DNA of 64,000 nucleotides from Planctomycetota bacterium (GTDB lineage Bacteria; Planctomycetota; UBA1135; JACQFD01): NCBI GenBank assembly GCA_016792805.1, contig JAEUHX010000058.1, positions 76,228 to 140,227 of the forward strand, read 5' to 3'. Shown piece by piece: positions 55,349 to 64,000 of this stretch (position 1 is its first letter; each line of letters starts with the position of its first letter). The notes under the pieces were generated by a model. It saw only the letters and a program-made list of their open reading frames with translations, ran no database searches and was not told where the DNA came from. The position numbers and the translations under genes were made by a program.

Positions 55349-57669
55349 TCGAGGGAGAGCACTTCTCCTGGGATCAATGTCACAGATCGGCTGCGCGTGA
55401 CCGGCTCCGACCTCACAATGACGCGGGCGCTCCCGGGAGCCAACGGGCCGATCGAGGGGATCGGTGCACCAGAATCCGAACGCCATTGAATGGAACTCGC
55501 TGCTCCCGAGGACGGAATCACCTCAAGGGTCCAGAGCGTTCCGGCCTCCGAAGGCAGACCGTGCACAGAAAGGTGCGCTCCAAGCACGAGCCGAATCGGA
55601 ACCTCGAGCGTGGCACCGTTCTGTAATGTGATCTCCTCGACAGATGCCAAATATCCGCGAGCCGCCACAAAAAGCCTCCATCGGCCCGCCGTGAGGTCGG
55701 GATACCGATACCGCCCCTTGGCGTCGGGTGCCGCACGCCAACGCTCTGCTCCGCCAGCATCGCCGACCTTTCTCAGCACGACCTCCGCGGCCACCGGCTC
55801 CCCGCTCCGTGAGTCGAGCACCGAGCCCTCGATCTGGCCCGATGTGAGGTGGATCTCGATGGGCCCCTTCGCGGGGAGAACTGCCTCGGCCTCAGCCCCG
55901 TTCAATTCGCCTCGGACGCCCTCAGCAAAGATGCGGACCTTCCCCTCCGGCAGGAGCGGAATCGAGAAGCTCCCATCGGCGGCGGTCCGGGATTGCATGC
56001 GCGCATCACCCGCGACGGCGGAAATTCCATGTCCAGCGCAGGGACCGCCCGAGGAAGAAAGAACTTTTCCAGAAAGCACATGAAGCCCATGGATCGGGAT
56101 GACCAGAGTGCTCGGCGTTTTGCTGATCATGACGCCGGCGCTCGCAAGCGTTCTCGCGCCGTGGCGTGCCTCGACGCGGTACTCCCCGCTCGGCAACAGA
56201 AGCCGGCAGAGCCCGATCTCACTCGTGAGACCCCCAGCTCGAATCTGATCCGCTGCTGCGTGAAGGGCTCCCTCTGGCATGTCCCCGCCCTGCACCGGCT
56301 CGACGTGGATCTGTATGTGTCGAAGCGGCGAACCTGCGCCATCGACGCACCGAATCTCCAACGGTTCGACATCAAGCCGGATCGTCCGCGTCTCCCGGCT
56401 TCCTCCCGATAAGAGGAAGATCTCACTCTTCCCCAGCCCAGAGACGAACGAAGCGGCGCCGGGAGGCTGCCAGCGAAAATATACAAAGAGGTTGCGCCCA
56501 ACGGGCGCGGGATCGAAAACGGCGACGCCATCCGGCCCCGTCGGCCGATCCTCGACAATATTGTAGCCTTGCATGTCGGGCGACCAGATCTGTGCGACCA
56601 CGACCCCAGGGAGACGCTCGCCTCGCGCGTTCTCAACGGTGACGTCGAGGCGCGAGCGCCGCTCATCGAGCTGCACCTCGAGCGGCATCGTCCACAAATC
56701 GCTGCCCTCCACGACACGCTCCACCCTGCCGAAGTCCGCGGACTGCGCCGTGATTCGCAGGCGCGTGCTGCCTTCGGGAACGGCGGGAACTGCAACATTT
56801 CCGTCGGGACCGCTCTCGACCGTCGGGCACACTGCGAGCGCCCCGCCGTCGGGTGGCCATGCCTCGACGTCGACGCGGGCTGCTGCGACGGGCTTCCTTG
56901 AGGAATCCACAACACGAATGCGCACGTCGGCCTCGGCAGACATGACGAGCCGAAGATCCGCCGCTTCGGAGCCCTCCGCCACCACGAACTTCGCGAGCCC
57001 TTTCGCTGCCGCCGCGACCCACAAATCCTGAGAACCGAGGGCAACGGAGGAAAACTCGAAGCTGCCGTCGGAAGACGACACCGCGGTGCGCTCTACAAAT
57101 CGCTGCGCCGGTGCGGGCCACGCCGACGGCGCGATGCGAAGGCGCGCGCCGCCCATGGGCCACCCCGCGCGATCGAGAACCATGCCGCGAATCGCTCTGC
57201 CCGTTCCCAGGCGCAGCACGGCTTCTTGTTGCATCTCTTCGATCTGTATCGACTCGGGCGCGAGTCCCTTCGCGCAGGCGAATACCGTGATCGCCCCGGG
57301 CAGCAGCTTCTCAAAGACAAGGATGCCATCCCCCGACGGGCGACCGAGGCGCACTCCCTCCTCGTGCAGTACGGCGGCCTCCGCACCGGACGCCGCCTGC
57401 CCCATCGAATCCAGCACTCGGAGCACGGCAGCTGGAGCGTCTCCTTCGCCGTAGCGCCAAACGGAGCGCTCGCTCGCACCGGAACTGAATCGCCGCGCGG
57501 CGACCCCGTGCGCCGTGGCCGGCAGCCCGTCGGCAGCGCCATTCGGGGCCGAGACGGGGTGTGCCCCGGACGCGGCGTTGAGCGACCCGCGTAACCACAG
57601 ATACCACGCGCCCGCGCCGAGGAGCGCGAATGCCACACATGCCGCCGCGATCCGGACGCGCCAGTTCAT
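55312..57669 (-). CDS. Membrane-anchored protein with multiple carboxypeptidase-regulatory-like (CarboxypepD_reg/Ig-like) domains
   Basis: N-terminal TM segment (RIAAACVAFALLGAGAWYLWL). Repeated modules: IRGMVLDRAGWPMGGARLRI, LSGKVLSSSGGPCAGHGISAV...DGSFSI, IEGSVLDSRSGEPVAAEVVL...GRYRYPDLTAGRWRL. Confidence 0.8.
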   Translation of the reverse strand: MNWRVRIAAACVAFALLGAGAWYLWLRGSLNAASGAHPVSAPNGAADGLPATAHGVAARRFSSGASERSVWRYGEGDAPAAVLRVLDSMGQAASGAEAAVLHEEGVRLGRPSGDGILVFEKLLPGAITVFACAKGLAPESIQIEEMQQEAVLRLGTGRAIRGMVLDRAGWPMGGARLRIAPSAWPAPAQRFVERTAVSSSDGSFEFSSVALGSQDLWVAAAAKGLAKFVVAEGSEAADLRLVMSAEADVRIRVVDSSRKPVAAARVDVEAWPPDGGALAVCPTVESGPDGNVAVPAVPEGSTRLRITAQSADFGRVERVVEGSDLWTMPLEVQLDERRSRLDVTVENARGERLPGVVVAQIWSPDMQGYNIVEDRPTGPDGVAVFDPAPVGRNLFVYFRWQPPGAASFVSGLGKSEIFLLSGGSRETRTIRLDVEPLEIRCVDGAGSPLRHIQIHVEPVQGGDMPEGALHAAADQIRAGGLTSEIGLCRLLLPSGEYRVEARHGARTLASAGVMISKTPSTLVIPIHGLHVLSGKVLSSSGGPCAGHGISAVAGDARMQSRTAADGSFSIPLLPEGKVRIFAEGVRGELNGAEAEAVLPAKGPIEIHLTSGQIEGSVLDSRSGEPVAAEVVLRKVGDAGGAERWRAAPDAKGRYRYPDLTAGRWRLFVAARGYLASVEEITLQNGATLEVPIRLVLGAHLSVHGLPSEAGTLWTLEVIPSSGAASSIQWRSDSGAPIPSIGPLAPGSARVIVRSEPVTRSRSVTLIPGEVLSLDWRDTAWETPPR

Positions 57670-60149
57670 GATTCGATCAGGCCGTGAAGCCGACGCTCGC
57701 GCGGCGCAAGATTCAACACCTTACTCAAAAGCGTGAACCAGGAACGCAGAGCGCGATCGGCGCTCTGCCAGGGGACGGCAAAAGCATGGCCGATTCCCTT
57801 GCGCGACAGAAGCTCCGAGTCGGCCGCCAGCACGAGCCGCCCCCGGCCAACGGTGCGAACCATCGCCTGCATGGACGGCTCGGGCAGCGGGATCGGATCG
57901 AAGCCAGGTCCATCGATGTGCGGCGCGCCCTCTCCGACGTGCAGGCCGCCCTCGAGTCCGAGCGCTCTGAGGTAGGCCGCCAGGGCGCCGGAGGAGGCGC
58001 TCGCGAACCGATCGATGATCATCACGTTTCCGCCTGACTCGAGATAGCTCCGCAACTGCCGGAAGTATGCATCCGAAGGCACGACCACTGGATTCAGGAT
58101 GATGAGCGCCGCAGGCAGACGGTCAGTTCCCTCGAGCTGCGCGTCGTCGCCGGTTTCGAAGCAGCGCGCGATCTTCCACGCGATCTGCGGCCTGAGACCG
58201 AGCCGTTGCGTTGCCACAAATAGGGTGTCGAAAACGACCTCATCGCGGTCGACCGTGGCTCCCAGGACTGGCGGAAAGCCCGCCTGTCCCCCTTCCCATT
58301 GGAACCGGACCTCGGGGACTTCTGTATGAAGCCTCGGAGCCACCATCGCGCGCTCCGTTGCTGCCTCGTCGATCCACGCGGCGCCGGCTGCCGCGCACAC
58401 GCAGGCGCATACGACGGCCGGGGAAAGGCGATTGCCCGCTCGAGCGCAAAGCACCGCTCCTCCCACGGAGAGCAGAGCCATTAAATAAAAGACGGCGTCC
58501 AGGATCCGGCCGTCGACCACGGACTTTCGGTTCAGATACTCGACCGAATTCAGGAGGTGAACCTCATGGCCATTCTTGAACAAGTCGAAGGACGACCAGA
58601 CCGTGCTGTCAGTGAAAGCAACAACTCTCCCGTGCCCTGGCTCCGCCGCGGCACTCAGGATCATCGGTCCGCGCTCCATCGAAGGATCCGTAATCGGCGC
58701 GCCGAAGTGGCTCGGATTGGCGTAGTCGGCGGCCTCGCGGATACTGTCGCGCACCACCATCACAGGCTTTGCTCCGTTCCGGATGCGCAGCGAGCACGAG
58801 GTCATGAATTCGAATCGCTCCACGTGAGCCACGGCCGGATGGCGCCAAAACGCGCTGCCTCGGTATTGTGAGAATCCATGGTTGACTCCCTGAAGGACGG
58901 AGTCGTATCGAAACTCCAGGCCCCACGGCTCGAGGATCTCATTGAGCCGCGCGCTGCTCCCCAGAAGATTGGTATGATCTCCCACGGCGAGGAGTCCGCC
59001 GCCCGCTTCCACGAATCGGCGAATCGCGCTCACCTCCTCCGGCGCGTAGTCCTTGAGCGGCGTCTTCAAGATGAGGACGTCGTAGCCATGGAGGCGCGCC
59101 TCATCGAGCCGCCCCTCCATGTTCACATCCACCACATAACGTCCCGCGAGCCACTCGACGGCGCTCGCGAAGCTGTATGTGGAGAAATCGCCATACCACT
59201 GCTCGTCAAGAATCCTCGCCGATGGCTCCCAGTAGCTCGAGTGGGCGTCGTCGACGAGGATCCGCCCCGCCTTTCGGAAGCCGCAATCTTGGTAGAACCC
59301 AACGAGGGCCGTAAGAAATAGGGTGATTACGACGGCACCCGGAAGGAGTCGTCCCGAGGAGACCCTTGGCCGCGCGGTCGGCGGCGGCGCCTCGAGCGCC
59401 GATCGGGTGCTCCGCGTCGTAAGCCGCTCCACGATCCAGCTTCCGATCACAAGAGTGGCGATGAGTACATCAATGCGATAGAAAATCGCGAGAGGCGATG
59501 GGGATCCGCGCCGGAGAATCTGCTCCTGCTCGAGGTAGAAGAGCAGGAGGACCTGAAACCGAAGCAGCCAGAAGCCCAATAATCCGACGGCCGCAATGAT
59601 GAAGCGGCGAGGCCATAGGCGCTGACTCTCCATCGCACAGATCAGCGCGGCCGTTGCAACGCTCTGGATCCATGGGATGAGCGCGGTCTTGTCCGGAGAA
59701 AGCACGATGCGAACGGTGCCCTCGGGATGGCGCACCAGCAGGGAGCCCTGCTCCACGGCCGCGTGAATGCCAGCGATCGCCAGCGCGGGGAGCGACGCGT
59801 ACGCAAAGATGGGGGAGTTGGGGGCACCCGCCGCCCATCCACGAAGACACAGATCCGCGAGCCAGAGCGCCCCCGTCACGGCACCCGCCGCCAGGACTCC
59901 CCGCAACAGACGCTGCGCGCGGGTGGTCGGATCCTGGCCGTTCGGGCCGGCACGGCCATCCGCCGGGTCCGCCGCCGCCCAGCCCCAACAAATCAGCAAC
60001 CACCCCGCTGCGCCGCACACAATGGCCCAAGCCGGCGCCGCCGGCTCATAGTCACCGCTCTGGGCCTGCCAAGCACCGACCAGCAGGGCCGCACCGAGCC
60101 AAACAGCTCGGCGAGGGAATCCAAACCATCGCGAATCGGTTCTGGTCAT
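57666..60149 (-). CDS. Polytopic membrane protein with two GATase1/ThuA/DUF4350-like extracytoplasmic modules
   Basis: About 8 N-terminal TM helices. YDVLILKTPLKDYAPEEVSAIRRFVEAGGGLLAVGDHTNLLG, HGRVVAFTDSTVWSS. The second module is ALIILNPVVVPSDAYFRQLRSYLESGGNVMIID. Both ends overlap the neighbouring genes by 4 nt. Confidence 0.8.
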   Translation of the reverse strand: MTRTDSRWFGFPRRAVWLGAALLVGAWQAQSGDYEPAAPAWAIVCGAAGWLLICWGWAAADPADGRAGPNGQDPTTRAQRLLRGVLAAGAVTGALWLADLCLRGWAAGAPNSPIFAYASLPALAIAGIHAAVEQGSLLVRHPEGTVRIVLSPDKTALIPWIQSVATAALICAMESQRLWPRRFIIAAVGLLGFWLLRFQVLLLFYLEQEQILRRGSPSPLAIFYRIDVLIATLVIGSWIVERLTTRSTRSALEAPPPTARPRVSSGRLLPGAVVITLFLTALVGFYQDCGFRKAGRILVDDAHSSYWEPSARILDEQWYGDFSTYSFASAVEWLAGRYVVDVNMEGRLDEARLHGYDVLILKTPLKDYAPEEVSAIRRFVEAGGGLLAVGDHTNLLGSSARLNEILEPWGLEFRYDSVLQGVNHGFSQYRGSAFWRHPAVAHVERFEFMTSCSLRIRNGAKPVMVVRDSIREAADYANPSHFGAPITDPSMERGPMILSAAAEPGHGRVVAFTDSTVWSSFDLFKNGHEVHLLNSVEYLNRKSVVDGRILDAVFYLMALLSVGGAVLCARAGNRLSPAVVCACVCAAAGAAWIDEAATERAMVAPRLHTEVPEVRFQWEGGQAGFPPVLGATVDRDEVVFDTLFVATQRLGLRPQIAWKIARCFETGDDAQLEGTDRLPAALIILNPVVVPSDAYFRQLRSYLESGGNVMIIDRFASASSGALAAYLRALGLEGGLHVGEGAPHIDGPGFDPIPLPEPSMQAMVRTVGRGRLVLAADSELLSRKGIGHAFAVPWQSADRALRSWFTLLSKVLNLAPRERRLHGLIES

Positions 60150-62593
60150 TGCAGCGCAGGCGGATTGGGAAAGATCGGCGCAACCGTGTCCGGATCGCGT
60201 CCGAGAAACTGTTTTGTGATTCCATACAGGAATTTCAGATTTCCGAGCGAGTACCAGGACACGTCCTCAATGTTTCGGCTTGCGAAGAACCGTGGATCAC
60301 CGAAGAGAATCAGCCCGCCCTTTCCGACTCGTCGATGGGCGGCGAGCGCATGCTCCCCGTAGCGAAAGAGGATCTCGACGTTCTCACTCTTCTGGAGCGG
60401 CCTGGCCTTCCCATCGCGGTCACGCAGCAGAAGTGGCGAAGGGTCCAAGAATCGAGGCTTCGCATCGAGGTCGGCCTTCTCAAGATCGGGCGGCACGGGC
60501 CCGAGCGAATGAGGCAGCAGATCGAGATCCAAGGCATGCAACAGCGGCGCGACGGAGTCCGCTTCGCGATGTCCCACGGCAAGCACCACTCGAGTGCCGC
60601 CCTCCATGGCATCCAGCAGCTCGCGGATGCGCTCGGACCCGAGCCGGCGTTGGGGTGCCACCAGGGCGTAACATCCCACTCGACCGACGGCCCCACGTTC
60701 ATACTTTTCTGCGATCCGAATGATGTACCCCGCCCGCTGAAGCGTGGAATAGAGAGGTCCGATTGAATTCAGCCCCGCTTCGTAGTGGCCGGTCGCCGGG
60801 AGTAGCTCGTCGTCGATGAGTGCACAATTGCGATCCAGCGTCGGCTCGTAGCTCCAGCGTGCCTGCGCCAGCCTCGCTGGGAGCGCGCATCCCAGCAGCA
60901 CGGCCATTGCGAGCGCGGTGACGAGTCGGTGACGCGCAATGCACGCCCAGATGAGCAATAGGAGCGATCCGAGGCCCACGGCGCGGCGCAGCCCCATATC
61001 GTCGAGAATCGTCGTGCATTCTCCGAGCCATCGAAGGAGCGGAACGATCTCACTTTTCTCGAGGTATCCCGCGGAAGAATTCTGAAATGTGGTGGTATCA
61101 CCATAAACGACGACGCGCCCCTTTCCGGCATGGGCCCAAGCCACGACCGGCAGGTCTCCAACGAGCTCGCCCGCGTCGAGCGCATAATTACCGAGGAATG
61201 CACCAATCGTGTTCTCGGCGACGCCGAGGTCGCTGTGTGCGTAGCGCGCGACGGCGAGCGGCCGCGCCCCTTTTGCCAGCTCCAGGGAGGCGCCGATGCC
61301 GATTCCGGGCGGGCGCACACCCCACGGCTGCCCGAGCGCGTGCGGCGAGACCTCGATGGATCCCTTCCAAGTCGTGCGGGCGTGGTACGCCGAGTCGAAC
61401 CGAAAAGTGATCCCGAACGGCTCGAGGAGCGGATTCAAACCGTCGCGCAGCCCGAAGACATTGGTGTGGTCCCCGAGAACGAGGAGATTGCCGCCGCTAT
61501 GCACAAATTGCTCGATCGTGGAGCGCTCGTCGGCAGACCACACTTTTGGACAATTGATCATGACGAGCGTGTCCGTCTCGCGCAGGCTCTCCGCGCTGAC
61601 CGTATCTCGATCGATCACGTCAAAATCGAAGCCTGCACTCTTCACATATTGAGGGAGGAGCCCGAACATCCCGCCCGTGAAACCGCCGAACCGGCCGTAC
61701 TGCGGCCGGTCCCAATCGAGTCCGCCCCGATTGAACACGCGGATGCGATGCTGCTCCCTCGGAATCCCCATCGGCGAGACCCCCGATGCAATCGCCCCCG
61801 CGAAGAGGAGCAGCGCCGCTGAGCCGAGGGCGAGAGCGGGCGCCGATCGCAACGGCTCCGGCGAGGGCGGCTGCGGCGCACGAATCGACGCCTCAAACAT
61901 CCCAAGGATCAGCGCAATGCCCGCACCAAGCCCAGTGAGATGATCAAAAATCGGAGCAGCGGTCTTGCCGGCCGCCACGGCCGGAAGAGTCCCGAAGTAA
62001 GTCATCCAGGCGGCGAAGAGCGTGAGGACGCCCAGAACACGCACCCTTCGCGTCGCGCCCGACCCTGGGCGCAGGACCCACAGAAATCCAGATGCCACCA
62101 ATCCGAGCCCGCAGGCCGTCGGCCCGAGCTTCCAGTCGAGCACTCGGCCGGTCATCACCGCGAGCGTCGACTCGGCGAGCTGTTCCGCCTCGGGAAGAGC
62201 GCCGTCGATCAGCAGGCGCGCTGCGGCGAAGGCGCAGAGGATCGGAGGCGCACCGCGCGGGACAGCTCCGCCTCCGGCGCCGATCCAGGCCATTGTGGAC
62301 GCTGCAAACATCGCGGCGAGCATCCGGCACTCCCAGGGCGCGGCGGTCCACGTTAGCAGCACCGCACAGATCGCAGATGCCGCAGCGGGCATCCACGCCG
62401 TTCGCGAGAACCCGATGCGTATCGCGCACGACAGAACGGCACCAATCGCCGCAAGCGCCCCGACCCCGCGAACTGTCTCCCAGTCGACGGGCGCGAAGTC
62501 ACGGAAGTACCAAGCCACAAAAACAAACGCTGCGGTCGCGAGCGCGGCCTGCGCAGCGCGGTGTGCGTATGACTCGCGCGGCTCGAGGATCAC
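60146..62593 (-). CDS. Paralogous polytopic membrane protein with GATase1/DUF4350-like modules
   Basis: GTG start at 62593. TLVMINCPKVWSADERSTIEQFVHSGGNLLVLGDHTNVFG, KGRVVVYGDTTTFQNSS, GKGGLILFGDPRFFASRNI. These parallel the motifs of the downstream paralog. Confidence 0.8.
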   Translation of the reverse strand: MILEPRESYAHRAAQAALATAAFVFVAWYFRDFAPVDWETVRGVGALAAIGAVLSCAIRIGFSRTAWMPAAASAICAVLLTWTAAPWECRMLAAMFAASTMAWIGAGGGAVPRGAPPILCAFAAARLLIDGALPEAEQLAESTLAVMTGRVLDWKLGPTACGLGLVASGFLWVLRPGSGATRRVRVLGVLTLFAAWMTYFGTLPAVAAGKTAAPIFDHLTGLGAGIALILGMFEASIRAPQPPSPEPLRSAPALALGSAALLLFAGAIASGVSPMGIPREQHRIRVFNRGGLDWDRPQYGRFGGFTGGMFGLLPQYVKSAGFDFDVIDRDTVSAESLRETDTLVMINCPKVWSADERSTIEQFVHSGGNLLVLGDHTNVFGLRDGLNPLLEPFGITFRFDSAYHARTTWKGSIEVSPHALGQPWGVRPPGIGIGASLELAKGARPLAVARYAHSDLGVAENTIGAFLGNYALDAGELVGDLPVVAWAHAGKGRVVVYGDTTTFQNSSAGYLEKSEIVPLLRWLGECTTILDDMGLRRAVGLGSLLLLIWACIARHRLVTALAMAVLLGCALPARLAQARWSYEPTLDRNCALIDDELLPATGHYEAGLNSIGPLYSTLQRAGYIIRIAEKYERGAVGRVGCYALVAPQRRLGSERIRELLDAMEGGTRVVLAVGHREADSVAPLLHALDLDLLPHSLGPVPPDLEKADLDAKPRFLDPSPLLLRDRDGKARPLQKSENVEILFRYGEHALAAHRRVGKGGLILFGDPRFFASRNIEDVSWYSLGNLKFLYGITKQFLGRDPDTVAPIFPNPPALQ

Positions 62594-62633
62594 GGTGCGT
62601 TTAGCTCGGCTACATGGGTCGCAACATAGAGAG

Positions 62634-62666
62634 GGCGCGCCAGGGCCTCATCGGCCGTGGCGCGCC
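62634..62666 (-). terminator. Hairpin between the Cys-Ser repeat gene and the membrane-protein genes (possible attenuator or partial terminator)
   Basis: ggcgcgcca-(15 nt)-tggcgcgcc, a 9-bp stem. On the minus-strand RNA it is followed by cucucuauguu. Confidence 0.3.
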
Positions 62667-62745
62667 CATTTGTAGCATCGCAACGATTCGCCGAGCACCG
62701 ACTTCTCAGCCCCGGCTTCGTTCTCATCTCAGCGTCGCTCGGCGA

Positions 62746-63849
62746 TCAGTGCGGCGTGTGAGTGCCGCACCGGCCGTTCGTCGGCTCTTCACTCTTCCCG
62801 CCGGGCGAATCGTCGATCACGCTGCACGTCACAGGCGGTGCGGCGGCCTCTTGGCCTTCCACCATCGCCTTGGCGACGGTAACAGTTGTGCTGCACGTCG
62901 ACGCATTGGGACCGGGGGAAGTCTTGCCGGCGTACGAAGTGCACGAGGCGTTCGTGGCGCCCTTCTTGACGGAGCAGGTCGCTCCAGTGCCGCCCGATCC
63001 AAATACCGAGCATGACTGCGTGCCCGGCGTCACGGCGCCGCCCGGGTAGCCCGAGATTGCGCTGCACTTGTTACCCATGTTGCCTGCGCCGCCGCCCGAA
63101 GCGGAGCAGAAGGTCGTGCTGGGAGGTGGCCCCGGCGAAGATTGCGCGCTGCAGGTATTTGTGCCACCCGCCGGCGTATTCCCGGTCGAGCAGGACATGT
63201 GCCCGCCTGTTCCTCCTCCACCGGTGCCGTTCGTGGAGCAGGTCGGCGACCCGCCCACGGGGCCCTGGAATGCGGAGCAGGTTTGACCGCTGCTGCCCGG
63301 CGTTCCCTGGCCCGTTCCGCCCGCGCTGCAGGATGAGCCACTATTGTTATTCCCGTTGTACGCCGAGCAGCTCGTGGCGGTCGTCGTGCCGGACCCGCCC
63401 GACGAGCAGGAGCTGCCGGCCGGCGGATTCTGCCCGTTCACAGCGCTGCACGTCTGGGACTGAGGGTTGTTCGGCGGAGCACCGCCGCCCGTGGCTGAGC
63501 ACGACTTGCCGGGATTCGTCCCCGGCCCCGTCGCAGAGCAGCCCGCTGCGCCGCCAGCGCCCTGCTGCGAGCTCGTGAACCCGGGCTGGGGCACCGGAAC
63601 CGGCACAGGCTGAGGGTTCTGCGCCGCAGCCGACCAGGCTGCCGTGGCCCAATCCGGGGCCGGCATCTCCATGCCGGCATACTCGAGCTTCGCTTGCGCG
63701 CCCACGGCGTGGGCCGCGATCACCGAGGCGCCGGGACGATAGCCGTCTCGGTCGTCACCGCCCGAGGAGACGAGCGTTGGAAACGCCGCCGCCCCGAGGG
63801 TCAATGCAACAACTCCACCGATGAAGTGGAGCCCTTCCAGGAATCTCAT
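62746..63849 (-). CDS. Secreted or anchored low-complexity protein with about 17 periodic (S/T)-C-S motifs
   Basis: AGGAGGAGG lies 7 nt upstream of the ATG at 63849. N-terminal hydrophobic segment (HFIGGVVALTLGAAAFP). High GC3 in this frame. The Cys-periodic region is 62767-63540. Confidence 0.75.
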   Translation of the reverse strand: MRFLEGLHFIGGVVALTLGAAAFPTLVSSGGDDRDGYRPGASVIAAHAVGAQAKLEYAGMEMPAPDWATAAWSAAAQNPQPVPVPVPQPGFTSSQQGAGGAAGCSATGPGTNPGKSCSATGGGAPPNNPQSQTCSAVNGQNPPAGSSCSSGGSGTTTATSCSAYNGNNNSGSSCSAGGTGQGTPGSSGQTCSAFQGPVGGSPTCSTNGTGGGGTGGHMSCSTGNTPAGGTNTCSAQSSPGPPPSTTFCSASGGGAGNMGNKCSAISGYPGGAVTPGTQSCSVFGSGGTGATCSVKKGATNASCTSYAGKTSPGPNASTCSTTVTVAKAMVEGQEAAAPPVTCSVIDDSPGGKSEEPTNGRCGTHTPH

Positions 63850-64000
63850 GGGATAGCCTCCTCCTGAGGTTGGTCCGCAAAGAGATGGGATGACGAGTAC
63901 TGAATTCGCTGCGAGCGAAAGCAGCCGTACCGCGCCTTAGGGCGAGCGAAATCCAACCACACGCATCGCTCACCGATGTACCCCGCTGAGATGCGATTCC

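Noticed and set aside
1-64000. CRISPR arrays, rRNA genes, IS elements or transposases, prophage structural genes and reverse transcriptases.
   Set aside because: I looked for regularly spaced direct repeats, rRNA-like conserved stretches, and DDE, tyrosine- or serine-recombinase and RT motifs in the translated ORFs. I found none. The only regular repeats are intragenic protein repeats: the 203-aa units, the FG-GAP repeats and the Cys-Ser units.

Overview
High-GC bacterial chromosomal window. Spot counts of single 60-nt lines give about 62-72% GC in most regions. The gene content (DUF1570-like proteins, FG-GAP/VCBS, PPC/NHL and sulfatase-fold secreted proteins) suggests a Planctomycetota-like environmental lineage, but that is inference only. 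I support about 46 protein genes, 1 tRNA and 3 pseudogenes. I found no rRNA, CRISPR array, IS element or integrase.
Layout:
(i) 1-9703, minus-strand envelope operon: parvulin-like chaperone, MsbA-like ABC exporter, GT4 glycosyltransferase, and a giant secreted repeat protein. The ORF of the giant protein runs off the left edge, so it is missing from the supplied ORF track.
(ii) 9962-14784, secreted/lipoprotein operon including two tandem gluzincin-like paralogs that lack the catalytic Glu.
(iii) 16089-22559, an RluA-family pseudouridine synthase followed by a five-gene lipid-modification cluster of the furan/methyl fatty-acid type (FAD oxidoreductase, DUF1365, CFA synthase, DUF1295, second methylase).
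(iv) 22564-27149, DHOD-like protein plus pyruvate:ferredoxin oxidoreductase.
(v) tRNA-Gly(CCC) at 27371-27446, followed by a lower-GC island of about 8.3 kb (27.45-35.8 kb). The island carries two uncharacterised conflict-type operons separated by a hairpin-dense 0.57-kb noncoding stretch, plus a ParDE module. One operon is a PD-(D/E)xK-wHTH nuclease-like protein, a Hanks kinase and an unknown alpha/beta protein. The other is an Arm-like/P-loop NTPase, a helical protein and a DUF4160 protein. This island is my best candidate for an undescribed system.
(vi) 35.9-53.5 kb, secreted FG-GAP/VCBS, NHL and sulfatase-fold proteins, small enzymes and a regulator, with decayed gene fragments in between.
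(vii) 54.3-63.8 kb, a translationally coupled minus-strand five-gene envelope operon headed by a periodic Cys-Ser low-complexity protein.
Many long Arg/Pro-rich ORFs in the track are antisense GC artefacts.
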